Assembly (NCBI GenBank): GCA_043743715.1
Contig: JAYTWK010000039.1
Span: 1 to 61,428 of the forward strand
Reading direction: 5' to 3'
Length of the DNA stretch: 61,428 nucleotides
DNA from: a bacterium
GTDB taxonomy: Bacteria; Patescibacteriota; Minisyncoccia; Phycocordibacterales; UBA6899
A program made the position numbers and the translations under genes. The notes beneath the pieces were generated by a model. That model saw only the letters and a list, made by a program, of their open reading frames with translations, did not search any database and was not told the DNA's origin. Shown in pieces: positions 19,250 through 29,255 of the stretch (the first letter of the stretch is position 1; every line of letters begins with the position of its first letter).

Positions 19250-19966
19250 TTAGAAGCCTTTCGATGTGTGGGTAGAAGTCGCTTTGGTTGATGTCGCCTG
19301 AGTTATTGCGAGTTCTGGTATGAGTTTCTCTATTTCCTCACGCGTCCTGAACCCATAGTAGGGCTTTCGGTTGATGATGAGTATTGGCAATTTGCCGTCG
19401 AGCTTGTAGATAGACTTAAGCGTCTCTATCACTGAGAGCCCAAGATTATAGTCAAATGCATAGATGTGCAGCTGGTCGTAATCTTCGCGCATCGAGGTCA
19501 GCGCGTAGCCTTGCTTCTTACAGTCGTCGCAATTTCCAACGTTGGTATAGAAGTAGAATATGGTGAGCGGTTTTTGCGCGCACTGCTTTGAGCGCTCGCG
19601 TAGGAGTAGATAGTCTTTGATCTGCAGCAGTGAGTAGTACTTCTTTAAGGCGATGACCTCGGCATCATCTGCGCCACGCTGCTCTTCCATATACGAGAGT
19701 CGGTTGGACAGGCTGTTTATTTCGCTCACCATCGCGGGGGTTTTGGCCTCGCTCGTTTCGCATGCGGCGTCAGCGAGAAGCGCATATTGCACTTCGGATT
19801 CAAGAATATTACGACTAATGTTATCCTCAATATTTTTTACTTGGCTGATGCGCTCACCATAGAGATAGTTCGACAAAAAAAACACCACGGTGAAGACCGC
19901 CGCGGTAATGAAAAACACAACGACGTATTTCTTCGAATTCACCTCTTTATATTCTCTACTCGACAT
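19250..19966 (-). CDS. membrane-anchored thioredoxin-fold-like protein (CxxC)
   Basis: N-terminal TM helix; C-terminal FYFYTNVGNCDDCKKQ...LPILIIN pattern. Confidence 0.45.
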   Translation of the reverse strand: MSSREYKEVNSKKYVVVFFITAAVFTVVFFLSNYLYGERISQVKNIEDNISRNILESEVQYALLADAACETSEAKTPAMVSEINSLSNRLSYMEEQRGADDAEVIALKKYYSLLQIKDYLLLRERSKQCAQKPLTIFYFYTNVGNCDDCKKQGYALTSMREDYDQLHIYAFDYNLGLSVIETLKSIYKLDGKLPILIINRKPYYGFRTREEIEKLIPELAITQATSTKATSTHTSKGF

Positions 19967-20007
19967 GTTATGAGTTGTATCGTATTTTGGGCTTTTTTGC
20001 CAGCTGC

Positions 20008-21255
20008 TTAGCGCCAGTTTGCATCCTTGGCGGTGATGAGGTTGTAGAGCGAGCGGGCGAGCCAGAACGGGGCAATGAATCCGTACAGGAGAAGAAAGTA
20101 GAGAATATCGAACGAAATTTTGCGCTTGGCCATACGCACACCCATGAAGACGAAGAATAACACTGCGAAGAAGAGCAGGTAGACAACGAGATCTCTAAAT
20201 TCAAGATTGAGCGAGAACCAGTCGAAGCTGTAGTTCTTCAGATGTGGATGGAATCCGATAGCAGAATACTTCAAATACAGCTCATGTATCGTATGCGCGA
20301 TACTCCTTATATACAGCACAGTGAAGAATAGTGCGATAAATATGGAAACGAATGCAAACGGCAGCACCAGGAAGCCGAGGTTGCCGTATTTACGAGAGAG
20401 GAACATAAAACGGTATTCGAAGAACGCGTTCTTCAAGAATCCGGAGACCCAGCGCACGCGCTGCTTATAGAGTGCCTTGGGAGTCGCAGGAGAGACGGTG
20501 TACACATATGCAGTATGCGAGTTCTCTATCTTCATACGATTTGCCTGCAAACGCATCGCCATTTCCATGTCCTCAGTTTGGTAGCCATGCACGAAGTTGC
20601 CGATTTCTTCGAATATCTTGTGCCGATAAATTGAAAAAGGTCCGGGGGTAACATACAGGCCGTTCAGGCGGCTGAACACCTTCCTGGTGAACTCGCCAAT
20701 CATATATTCGGTCGCCTGCAGCTTCTGAAGGATGTTGCCAGGCTGGTGAATCTGTACCGACGGAGTGACCGCCATTACCACTGGGTTGTCGAAATAGGGG
20801 ATGATTTCCTTGAGCGCGTCCCTATCGACGAAAGAATCTGCGTCGAGACAGCCGATGAGGTCGCTTCTGCATTCAGCGATACCAAGATTCAGTGCGGTGA
20901 ACTTTCCGCCGTTGGGTTTTGAAAAGATGCGAATCTGCGGGTTCGACTCGAATTTTTTGGCGTAGAGGAGAGTGTCATCGGTCGAACCATCATCAATAAT
21001 GAAGATCCCGAGCCGGTTTTTAGGATAGTCGAGAGAAAGGAGTGACTCGATGGTGGCCGTAATTGTATTTCCCTCATTCCAAGCAGGGACAACGATGGTC
21101 ACGCTCGGGAATTTTCCCGGCATACGTCCCTTGTCCTTGCCTCCTTCTGGCACAAATTCATCCTTCTCCTCAAAGTAGGAAACAAGGATGAACACCTCAA
21201 AATACATCGTCAGAAAGAGGAGTCCGTAGACAAAGAAGCTTGATAGATATTGCAT
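20008..21255 (-). CDS. family 2 glycosyltransferase, processive membrane synthase type
   Basis: VVPAWNE, DDGSTD, DAD and QRVRW motifs with flanking TM helices. Confidence 0.85.
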   Translation of the reverse strand: MQYLSSFFVYGLLFLTMYFEVFILVSYFEEKDEFVPEGGKDKGRMPGKFPSVTIVVPAWNEGNTITATIESLLSLDYPKNRLGIFIIDDGSTDDTLLYAKKFESNPQIRIFSKPNGGKFTALNLGIAECRSDLIGCLDADSFVDRDALKEIIPYFDNPVVMAVTPSVQIHQPGNILQKLQATEYMIGEFTRKVFSRLNGLYVTPGPFSIYRHKIFEEIGNFVHGYQTEDMEMAMRLQANRMKIENSHTAYVYTVSPATPKALYKQRVRWVSGFLKNAFFEYRFMFLSRKYGNLGFLVLPFAFVSIFIALFFTVLYIRSIAHTIHELYLKYSAIGFHPHLKNYSFDWFSLNLEFRDLVVYLLFFAVLFFVFMGVRMAKRKISFDILYFLLLYGFIAPFWLARSLYNLITAKDANWR

Positions 21256-21717
21256 AGTGTGGCCTTGAGTGTGAGGTCAATCAAGCTGATAATAGTACTA
21301 AAATACCCATATGTAAAGGCGTTTTTTATTCAAATTCGGGGGTTTAATCTGGTGTGGGAAATTGGAAAACATTGTAAATCCTGAAAATAGTCATATACTT
21401 CAACAAATGTGATGCAATTTCACCATTTTCTCTAGAACCGTCAAGCTCTTTTAGTTAGCCACAGACTCAAAGCCATAAATTCATCGACCGTTCATAGTCT
21501 GTAATACCTATATATAGCAACGTAAATTGGCTTGTGGGCAAATGCTATTGCGGGGAAGTAACATGTCAGTACAATTGTCAGGTACTTGGATACCTCACAG
21601 AGTTCTATTGACTTTCATTAAAATTCGTGATATTATAAACGAATTCATCAATCTTAAGTCTTTGCTCAGTTCAACATCGTTTATCTCAGCTAACCCACAT
21701 TGGCCAGCCCATTATTT

Positions 21718-22461
21718 ATGTCTCAAACTCAATCCGCTACCGCTACCTCAGAAGAGATTGGTAAACAGAAGGGGAGGAAACTCCCCAGACACATTGGTAC
21801 ACTTAGTCTTCTGGTCATCGTTAGCTTCCTGACTCACCCTGATATTGCTTCGGCAGCTGGCTATAACTACCTGCAGAAGAACGCTCCGACGTTCATCGAT
21901 AAGACAAGCAGGCAGTACGGACAGATGGTTGACATCGCCGCACTTCTCAATGATTACGACAAGAAGCTCATTCTTTCGGTCATCATTATTGAGTCCGAAG
22001 GCAATGTGCAGGCCATCAGCCATCGCGGTGCCCAAGGACTTATGCAGCTTATGCCTGAGACCGCAAAGGGACTAGGCGTGAAAGATGCTCACGATCCGCT
22101 TCAGAATATACTTGCCGGCACGAAGTACTTGAAACAACTTGAGAATAGTTACGGTTTCGATTCACCTCAGGAAGCACTGGTGGCGTACAATATGGGTCCG
22201 TCGCGTGCAAAGCGCTGGCTGTCACAGTACTCCGCCGAAGATTATGGGTACGTGCAAAAAGTGATGTACGTCTATGGCGTACTTCTCGATCAAGAAAAGC
22301 AAAAGAACCAAATGGCAGAATCGATACAGAATAAGATCGACGAATCAAACAAGCTCACAAAAGCGCCTCTGCAGATGCTGAACAAACCTCGCACACTGAG
22401 CATGGCGGCATTTCCTATGACTATTCCCGCAAGTCGCCGCCAAGCAGAAACACAAAATTAG
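21718..22461 (+). CDS. lytic transglycosylase (SLT domain)
   Basis: ATG 21718. ESEGN...AQGLMQLMPETA...AYNMGP motifs. Confidence 0.85.
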   Translation: MSQTQSATATSEEIGKQKGRKLPRHIGTLSLLVIVSFLTHPDIASAAGYNYLQKNAPTFIDKTSRQYGQMVDIAALLNDYDKKLILSVIIIESEGNVQAISHRGAQGLMQLMPETAKGLGVKDAHDPLQNILAGTKYLKQLENSYGFDSPQEALVAYNMGPSRAKRWLSQYSAEDYGYVQKVMYVYGVLLDQEKQKNQMAESIQNKIDESNKLTKAPLQMLNKPRTLSMAAFPMTIPASRRQAETQN

Positions 22462-22480
22462 ACAAAGTGATTTTTACAAA

Positions 22481-22515
22481 AAAGAAAGACCGCGCGGAGT
22501 GCGCGGTCTTTCTTT
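22481..22515 (+). terminator. strong intrinsic terminator
   Basis: 15-bp perfect stem AAAGAAAGACCGCGC-GGAGT-GCGCGGTCTTTCTTT. Confidence 0.8.
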
Positions 22516-22545
22516 GTGCACCATGCGCTGTGATAGAATTACTCG

Positions 22546-23304
22546 ATGATTGAAGTGTCATTTTTTTCGGCATTACTCGGTGGGATTCTGACCTTCTTTG
22601 CTCCATGCACATTGCCCTTAATTCCGGCATATGTCGGGTTCTTGGGAGGTGGTGTGCGAGAGGAAGATGCCGCTGACGGGACACTAGTTCGTAAGAGAAT
22701 AGTTCGTAATGCGGTGCTGTTTGTACTCGGCTTTTCGCTCATCTTCATCCTTGCGGGTGTAGTTTCCGGAAGTGTCGGGAAATTGTATGTACGTCATCAT
22801 ATGATTATCTCGCAGCTCTCAGGAGTCATTATTATATTTTTCGGCATTTCGATGCTTGGTATCCTCCCGCTCCCAAATCTCCTTGAAAAAATATTTAAAA
22901 GTCGAAAACTCCCGAAAAGCATCATTCCCGGCAATCCTTCGTCCGCATTTCTATTGGGGATTCTTTTCGCCATCGGTCTTGGCCCAACTTGCCTTGGTCC
23001 CATTTTGGGATACATCTCTCTACTTGCGGTAACCTCGGGCACGGCACTCTACGGCGCACTGATGCTTGGGGTTTATTCCCTCGGTATAGCGATACCATTT
23101 CTTGTCGTCGCACTACTTTATGGAAGCTCGTTTGCGCATATCGAAAAGTTGACGAAAACACTCCCAGTCATTAATCGCGTTTCGGGGCTTATACTCATTT
23201 TTGTTGGGGTACTGCTGCTTCTTGTGAACTTCGGCATGTTGGGTGTGTGGATGGGGCATGTGTTTAAAGCGAAGTGGTATACTGATTTGGTGAACTATAT
23301 GTGA
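22546..23304 (+). CDS. ccdA: cytochrome c-type biogenesis protein CcdA (DsbD transmembrane domain)
   Basis: FFAPCTLPLIPAYVGF motif and a second Pro-Cys region; six TM helices. Confidence 0.85.
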   Translation: MIEVSFFSALLGGILTFFAPCTLPLIPAYVGFLGGGVREEDAADGTLVRKRIVRNAVLFVLGFSLIFILAGVVSGSVGKLYVRHHMIISQLSGVIIIFFGISMLGILPLPNLLEKIFKSRKLPKSIIPGNPSSAFLLGILFAIGLGPTCLGPILGYISLLAVTSGTALYGALMLGVYSLGIAIPFLVVALLYGSSFAHIEKLTKTLPVINRVSGLILIFVGVLLLLVNFGMLGVWMGHVFKAKWYTDLVNYM

Positions 23305-23353
23305 TGTCTGCTGTCAGCAGATCAGCAGATTCCTTGGCGTGTTCGCCAAATAT

Positions 23354-24292
23354 ATGAGATATTACTCCTCTTCTAAACCGACTTACAAGCAGCCTTACAA
23401 ACAGCGATACGAGTGGATATTCACGTTCTTCGTTATCCTTCTCGCTTGTATGCCGGGACTTGCGTTCGCCCGGACAATGCACGCGGGTCTTCCGAGCGAG
23501 CAGCTGTGGTTTTCGAAAGACCCATTCTTCGCAGGAGATACTATCACTATCTTTACTCTCATATTCAATTCGAGTAATTATCGTCTCTCGGGCACTATGA
23601 CCCTCAAGGACGGCACGAGTACACTCAACACGAAACCTTTTGTTGTAGACGGTCTTGGAGGGTCGCAGGTGGTTACGTTTCCGCTACTCATGACAAAAGG
23701 TAACCATTCTTTTTCGGCCGTGATTACACAAGGCGAGCTCAGTCAAAACGGTACTACCCAGACCGATGCATTTATCATAGCAACGCATACTCCGAAGGTC
23801 ATGCGTTTTGCCGACGACGACAAAAATCAGAACGGTATTGGCGACAGCCTTGAGCCCCCTTTGCCACCCTCAAAGCCAATCGTGTTGTCGGCCACCACGA
23901 CACCCCCGTCCACGGTGCCGACTTCAAAGGACGTACGTAGAGAGGAAAATTTCATTCTTGCAAATGCTCCGACGCCTATTGTGAACGCTGCAGTCCCAGT
24001 GCTCGGTGCGATAGAAGACTTTCGTGTGACTGAAGCGGTGAAAGCACTTCGTAATCTAAGCCAAATAGAAGGGGAGCTACATGCCTCAATCACAACATCG
24101 AAGGGAAACGGATGGGAGCTACTCGGGAGTGGTATCACAAGCGGCGAAGTTGCAAAAAGCCCATTCGAGCATTTGAAACTTTTCATTGCGCTCATCATGC
24201 GTTTCTTTACCGCAAATCCCTATGCGTTCTATATCGTACTCCTTCTTGTGCTCTATAAACTCGTGCGCATGATTATCAGTCTGTTTTTCTAA
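23354..24292 (+). CDS. hypothetical membrane/extracytoplasmic protein
   Basis: ATG 23354; N- and C-terminal TM helices with a central beta-rich region. Confidence 0.45.
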   Translation: MRYYSSSKPTYKQPYKQRYEWIFTFFVILLACMPGLAFARTMHAGLPSEQLWFSKDPFFAGDTITIFTLIFNSSNYRLSGTMTLKDGTSTLNTKPFVVDGLGGSQVVTFPLLMTKGNHSFSAVITQGELSQNGTTQTDAFIIATHTPKVMRFADDDKNQNGIGDSLEPPLPPSKPIVLSATTTPPSTVPTSKDVRREENFILANAPTPIVNAAVPVLGAIEDFRVTEAVKALRNLSQIEGELHASITTSKGNGWELLGSGITSGEVAKSPFEHLKLFIALIMRFFTANPYAFYIVLLLVLYKLVRMIISLFF

Positions 24293-24487
24293 GACTGCTC
24301 TTGCGCTGCCTTACGCCTTTCATTCCCAAGCAGTCGTAGTAGACTGGTAACAAGTATCCCGAACAAGTATCTCGTTAGACATCGGATGTGCGAGACTTTA
24401 GGTTGCAAATGGGAATAAGAGAAAGATAGCGTATGCTGGGTGACTAAAGAGGCTAATATTATTTTATTAAACATAATTTCTAACGGC

Positions 24488-24997
24488 ATGGATAAAAAAG
24501 GAACATATGTTATCGCCGGCATCATTATCCTTGCAGTTGCCGGATATGCCTTTATCTCGTTTCAAAAATCATCTCTCCTCGACACTGGGCCTGCTCCATA
24601 TGATGCGAATACACAAGCAAGCACTACCCGATGGGAGACCTCCCCGGCTGAAATAGTGGTAACCCAAAAAACTCTGGTCACTGCAAAGCACGCATACACG
24701 AAGGGTGAGCATACCGTTGCAGGTGAAGTGCCACTTCCCACTGCGTGCGATATTCTTGATTCGAGCGCGATAGTGAGCGCGGATAAGAAGCAGGTGCTGG
24801 TGCAACTTGCATCGAGAATAGCCACCGGAGACAAATGCACTCCCAACATCACCCCAGCGCGTTTCAAGGTGACCGCAAAAGCGAGTAAAGACGCAGTCAT
24901 TACCGCTACATATAACGGTCAGGCGGTGACCCTCAACCTGATTGAAGCAGCACCGGGCGAAAATCTCGATAATTTCGAGTTATACATCAAAGGTTGA
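24488..24997 (+). CDS. hypothetical membrane-anchored protein
   Basis: ATG 24488; single N-terminal TM helix. Confidence 0.45.
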   Translation: MDKKGTYVIAGIIILAVAGYAFISFQKSSLLDTGPAPYDANTQASTTRWETSPAEIVVTQKTLVTAKHAYTKGEHTVAGEVPLPTACDILDSSAIVSADKKQVLVQLASRIATGDKCTPNITPARFKVTAKASKDAVITATYNGQAVTLNLIEAAPGENLDNFELYIKG

Positions 24998-25122
24998 TGT
25001 GCGTTAAGGGAACCCGGCTTTGCGGGAAGCGTACATCAAGAGCTTTTGTGCTAGTTTGTGTTTGGCCCTGCAAACAAAAAATAGCCAAAAGGTGTACTGA
25101 TCCTGTAAGGATAAAGGTCGCT

Positions 25123-25250
25123 CGGGTTTACAAATTTCAAAAGCACCGTCAGCCGTTCCAGCGAACGGCTGCGTTCTACTCGACAGTTTGCCCCATCAGA
25201 ATGGGGACCATGCCAAACTGTCTCCGTAAGGCATTTGAAATTTGAAACCC
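25123..25250. ncRNA. candidate structured RNA of unknown class, or a compound terminator, between convergent genes
   Basis: A closing helix CGGGTTT-a-CAAATTTCAAA / TTTGAAATTTG-AAACCC encloses two perfect hairpins, CAGCCGTT/AACGGCTG and GACAGTTTG(CCCCAT-CAGA-ATGGGG)..CAAACTGTC. Confidence 0.3.
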
Positions 25251-25278
25251 TCGCTCTCTAGAAAATGCTGCGGTCTCT

Positions 25279-25875
25279 CTACTGACTCTTGGTCCTTAAG
25301 CTTAATGAAACAATGAGAAAGTTTGCAAACACTAGATAGATCGGATAGAGGGCGTTACTTAAGTCTAATGCTGCGACGGCAAACACATTGAGTGTTGCTA
25401 CCGCAAGTGAAATTGACCAGGCTTTTGTGTCCTCTGTTCCGGGGTGTTTGTATAATTTTTTTGCTATTGCAAGTGTACCAAGGCCGTCGATGATGACATT
25501 TAATACCAGTGCATAAAGAGGGTTGCTCGTGTAGATCCAAAGTACGATACTAAAGAATGATAGAAAAAGACAGGCATAATCAAATTTTGAAAATGCAAAA
25601 TATCCGGTTTTGAATGAGATGACGATGACAACCGACTGTCCGATTACGTACGCTACTGCAAGCCAGACAGCTTGCCAAGCATGAAGTGCGATAGTGCTGG
25701 CGACTATCATAATCATCGCAACGGTATACAGAACCCATCCGGCAAGATTAGGCTTCGTCACTCCTTTTCTCATTGAAACAACCAGGAACCAGAAGGGGAC
25801 GAAACCAAGTATTCCTGCTGCGTAGCCGATATAAGGCTGAATTTCGTGCATGAAGTAAATAATAGCATGCTCCAC
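25279..25875 (-). CDS. polytopic membrane protein, unknown function
   Basis: 198 aa with about six hydrophobic helices. Confidence 0.55.
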   Translation of the reverse strand: MEHAIIYFMHEIQPYIGYAAGILGFVPFWFLVVSMRKGVTKPNLAGWVLYTVAMIMIVASTIALHAWQAVWLAVAYVIGQSVVIVISFKTGYFAFSKFDYACLFLSFFSIVLWIYTSNPLYALVLNVIIDGLGTLAIAKKLYKHPGTEDTKAWSISLAVATLNVFAVAALDLSNALYPIYLVFANFLIVSLSLRTKSQ

Positions 25876-25918
25876 TCTGCTTTAGACATAAAACGAGAAT
25901 TGCCGTAAGATAGTAAGC

Positions 25919-26335
25919 GTGGAATTAAAACCTGTACATGCAAAGAAATCCATTCTCGCAATCGGCATTGTCATCTTTTTTGTGATAAGTATATTCGGCC
26001 TCCCTCTCTCGGGAATGTCTATGAATATGGAAGGAGAAATGATCGGTTGCCCGTATATGGATATGGGGGAGGCATCAATCTGCCATATGTCACTTTTTGA
26101 ACATATCTCGATGTGGCAAACCGCATTCGCGTCCGTGATTGCAGAGCACGGGTCGCTCTCACTTTTGGTACTTTTGGCAATTGCCCTTGCCCTCACCTTA
26201 ACTCATCTTCTTAGGTCACAGAGGCAAATAGCTGTTTTACCCGTTGACCACAGACTCCGTCGTCGCGAAGTGAAACGTAGTGTATTTTTTCAAGAGGCTT
26301 TCTCGAACGGTATTTTGAATCCGAAGCTTTTCTAA
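25919..26335 (+). CDS. membrane protein with a Met/Cys/His-rich loop, first gene of the copper cluster
   Basis: GMSMNMEGEMIGCPYMDMGEASICHMSLFEH lies between two TM helices. Confidence 0.5.
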   Translation: MELKPVHAKKSILAIGIVIFFVISIFGLPLSGMSMNMEGEMIGCPYMDMGEASICHMSLFEHISMWQTAFASVIAEHGSLSLLVLLAIALALTLTHLLRSQRQIAVLPVDHRLRRREVKRSVFFQEAFSNGILNPKLF

Positions 26336-26411
26336 CTTCTTCATTTCTGCGATTGACACTCCATTGTCATATCGTTTTTTGCTGCATCGCATACCCATAA
26401 TCAGCATCCAA

Positions 26412-26957
26412 ATGAAAAAATTAACCCTTGCCCTCATTCTTTGTATCATTCTTTTTGCTGGATACAAGCTCTTGACTATTCCGAAGATCGTCGCTCCCGG
26501 TGAGGCTTTTCCATCGCTCGGGCAGCAGCATGTACAGCCGGAAAGCCCTGAGATTATGTACAATTCGAATCCGCCTACGAGTGGCCCTCATTATCTTGTG
26601 CCCGCACCATCGGGGATTTATGACACCGAATTTCCTGATCGTGAGTTGATACATAACATCGAGCACGGTCATATCTGGATTTCGTATAAACCCGATTTAT
26701 CAAAAGACCAAGTCGAACAACTCGTCGCAATTGCAAAAAGCTACGGGACAAAAATCATCGTGGCCCCACGCACAAAGAACGATTCGCCAATAGCGATAGC
26801 GGCGTGGCAGCACTTGCTAAAACTGAGTGCTGTTGATGAAACACAGATCAAAGCGTTTATTAATGCTCTACAAGGCCATGGTCCCGAAAGTGTGCCAGAT
26901 TCTGGATTCAAAGATTTCCGAACTCCGCGATCAACGTCGAGTATACATACACTATGA
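26412..26957 (+). CDS. DUF3105-family protein (membrane-anchored)
   Basis: ATG 26412. PPTSGPHY and HNIEHGH motifs. Its stop overlaps the copA start. Confidence 0.7.
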   Translation: MKKLTLALILCIILFAGYKLLTIPKIVAPGEAFPSLGQQHVQPESPEIMYNSNPPTSGPHYLVPAPSGIYDTEFPDRELIHNIEHGHIWISYKPDLSKDQVEQLVAIAKSYGTKIIVAPRTKNDSPIAIAAWQHLLKLSAVDETQIKAFINALQGHGPESVPDSGFKDFRTPRSTSSIHTL

Positions 26958-29251
26958 CTCAACAAATAAGTACATACAAAATAAAAGGCATGCACTGCGC
27001 CTCATGCGCGGGCATCATCGAAAAAACTCTGAAGAAAAAAGAAGGGGTCATTTCTGCAGAAGCAAATTACGGGACTGAGTCAGTGAAAGTCACTTTTGAC
27101 GAAGCGAAGATCAAACCCGAAGTGCTTTCAAAAGTGATACAACCACTCGGCTATTCACTGGTCATTCCTTTGCCTATGCCCATGAACATGTCGGCAAGTG
27201 AACACGCACGACATCTAGGGTTCGATCAGTCAAAAAACGAAAAACTCAAAGAGATAGGAGAGATGCGGACAATGGTCATCTCGGCTATCCCACTTGCGAT
27301 ATTCAGTATTATCGTGATGACATGGGAAATTCTTGCGCAGTTCCGTGCTGTATCGGCAGTGCCATATATCTGGAGTGAATTTTTCCATCACCTCCTACCG
27401 CTTATGGCGACATATATGCTGTTTGTGGTAGGGAAGCCATATCTTCTTGGCTTCTACCGCTTCTTGCGCTACGGCAAGGCGAATATGGATACGCTGATCG
27501 GTATCGGGACATCTGCGGCGTACTTCTATAGCTTCATCGTCACTGCATTTGAGGAAACACTCCGTCCATTCATTAGCGTCGATCACACATACTATGACGT
27601 CACCATTGTAGTGATTACATTTATCACACTTGGGAAGTATCTCGAAGCAAGGTCAAAACTTAAGACCGGGGATGCGATCGAGAAACTACTGAACCTGCAA
27701 GCAAAGACTGCGCTGGTAGTTCGTGAGGGAAAAGAGCTCGAGATACCTGTCGATAAAGTACTTCATGATGATCTGGTTATCGTAAAACCTGCGGGAAAGA
27801 TTCCTGTCGATGGTGTACTTGTAGACGGATCATCATACATTGATGAGTCGATGGTAAGTGGTGAGCCAATGGCGATTGAAAAGCGCATTGGGGATACTGT
27901 TGTCGCAGGGACAATCAATACCACTGGAACATTTACATTCAAAGCGACCAAAATAGGATCAGAAACACTCCTCGCAAACATCATCAAAATGGTTGAGGAA
28001 GCACAAGGGAGTAAGGCCCCAATTCAAGCTCTTGCGGATAACATATCAAGTGTATTTGTTCCAGTCGTACTCATGATCGCTTTTCTCGCTCTCGCGACAT
28101 GGCTACTGGTCGGAACTCATTACCTTGGTTTCTCACAGGCACTATCGTATGGCCTTGTTTCATTCGTTGGTATTCTCGTTATCGCATGTCCATGTGCGCT
28201 TGGTCTTGCGACTCCGACTGCTATTATCATTGGTGTCGGAAAAGGAGCAAAGGAAGGCATTCTCATTAAAGATGCAACGAGTCTGGAGATGCTTCATAAG
28301 GTGAATGTCGTAGTGGTCGATAAGACCGGGACCATCACAAAAGGAAAGCCAGAACTGACATCAATCCAAAGTCTCTCATCACAGAGTGAGGATGAAATTG
28401 TATGCCTACTTGCTGCGCTCGAAAGCAAGTCGGAGCATCCTATTGCACACGCGGTTGTGAATTACGCAAAAGAAAAGATGATTACGTTAAAGGAGGTCAC
28501 GGAGTTTGTGGCAATCAAGGGCAAGGGTATTATGGGCACCATAAGCGGTACTGTGTACTATGCGGGAAATACCAAGCTCATGAACGACCTTGGTCTTGCA
28601 CTTGATCTTGTGTTGCTCGAAAAAGAAACCATGGAAGGCAAAACACCTGTCATGCTGAGTACAAAGGAAAAGTTGCTTGCAATCATTATGGTTGCCGATA
28701 GTGTGAAGCCCGAAGCAATGGAAGCGATAAAAAATCTCCACAAGCTCGGCATAAAAACCATCATGCTCACCGGAGACAATAAAAACACCGCACAGTTCAT
28801 CGCGACCCAAGTGGGCATCGATGAAGTCGTTGGAGAGGTGCTCCCAGAAGATAAGTTGAACAAGATTAAAGAACTTCAGTCGCAGGGACTCATTGTTGCA
28901 ATGGCGGGAGATGGCGTAAATGACGCTCCCGCGCTTGCAGTGGCAGATGTAGGTATCGCAATGGCGACCGGTACAGATGTCGCCATCGCATCCGCAGGAA
29001 TCACACTTCTTCATGGAGATATTTCCAAATTGGTCAAAGCGATAAGACTTTCAAAGATGACCATGCGCGGGATCAAGCAGAATCTTTTCTGGGCATTCAT
29101 CTACAATCTTGTCGGCATCCCGCTTGCCGCCGGGGTGTTCTATCCAATCTTCGGATGGCTTCTTTCTCCAGTATTTGCAGGTCTTGCGATGGCATTTTCG
29201 AGCGTATCAGTAGTCGGTAACTCGTTGCGTATTAAATCAAAGAAGCTCTAA
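26954..29251 (+). CDS. copA: copper-translocating P1B-type ATPase
   Basis: HMA domain GMHCASCAG, TM CPC motif, DKTGT phosphorylation site, and GDGVNDAP. Confidence 0.95.
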   Translation: MTQQISTYKIKGMHCASCAGIIEKTLKKKEGVISAEANYGTESVKVTFDEAKIKPEVLSKVIQPLGYSLVIPLPMPMNMSASEHARHLGFDQSKNEKLKEIGEMRTMVISAIPLAIFSIIVMTWEILAQFRAVSAVPYIWSEFFHHLLPLMATYMLFVVGKPYLLGFYRFLRYGKANMDTLIGIGTSAAYFYSFIVTAFEETLRPFISVDHTYYDVTIVVITFITLGKYLEARSKLKTGDAIEKLLNLQAKTALVVREGKELEIPVDKVLHDDLVIVKPAGKIPVDGVLVDGSSYIDESMVSGEPMAIEKRIGDTVVAGTINTTGTFTFKATKIGSETLLANIIKMVEEAQGSKAPIQALADNISSVFVPVVLMIAFLALATWLLVGTHYLGFSQALSYGLVSFVGILVIACPCALGLATPTAIIIGVGKGAKEGILIKDATSLEMLHKVNVVVVDKTGTITKGKPELTSIQSLSSQSEDEIVCLLAALESKSEHPIAHAVVNYAKEKMITLKEVTEFVAIKGKGIMGTISGTVYYAGNTKLMNDLGLALDLVLLEKETMEGKTPVMLSTKEKLLAIIMVADSVKPEAMEAIKNLHKLGIKTIMLTGDNKNTAQFIATQVGIDEVVGEVLPEDKLNKIKELQSQGLIVAMAGDGVNDAPALAVADVGIAMATGTDVAIASAGITLLHGDISKLVKAIRLSKMTMRGIKQNLFWAFIYNLVGIPLAAGVFYPIFGWLLSPVFAGLAMAFSSVSVVGNSLRIKSKKL

Positions 29252-29255
29252 AATT

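Noticed and set aside
21527-21832. 101-aa plus-strand ORF upstream of and overlapping the SLT gene
   Set aside because: It is out of frame with the well-supported lytic transglycosylase and lies mostly in an AT-rich promoter region.
24994-25245. 83-aa plus-strand ORF over the structured region
   Set aside because: It is Cys/Arg/Lys-rich, starts inside the upstream gene's stop region, and coincides exactly with the helices. It is more likely non-coding.
24998-25278. Tested the structured intergenic region as SRP RNA, tmRNA, 6S RNA or RNase P RNA
   Set aside because: No GGAA/GNRA-capped helix-8 motif with AGCA/GGA loops is present. There are no tRNA-like ends or tag ORF ending in hydrophobic residues, no GAGGAAAGUCC-type P4 sequence, and the size is wrong for 6S. 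It is kept only as an unclassified candidate.
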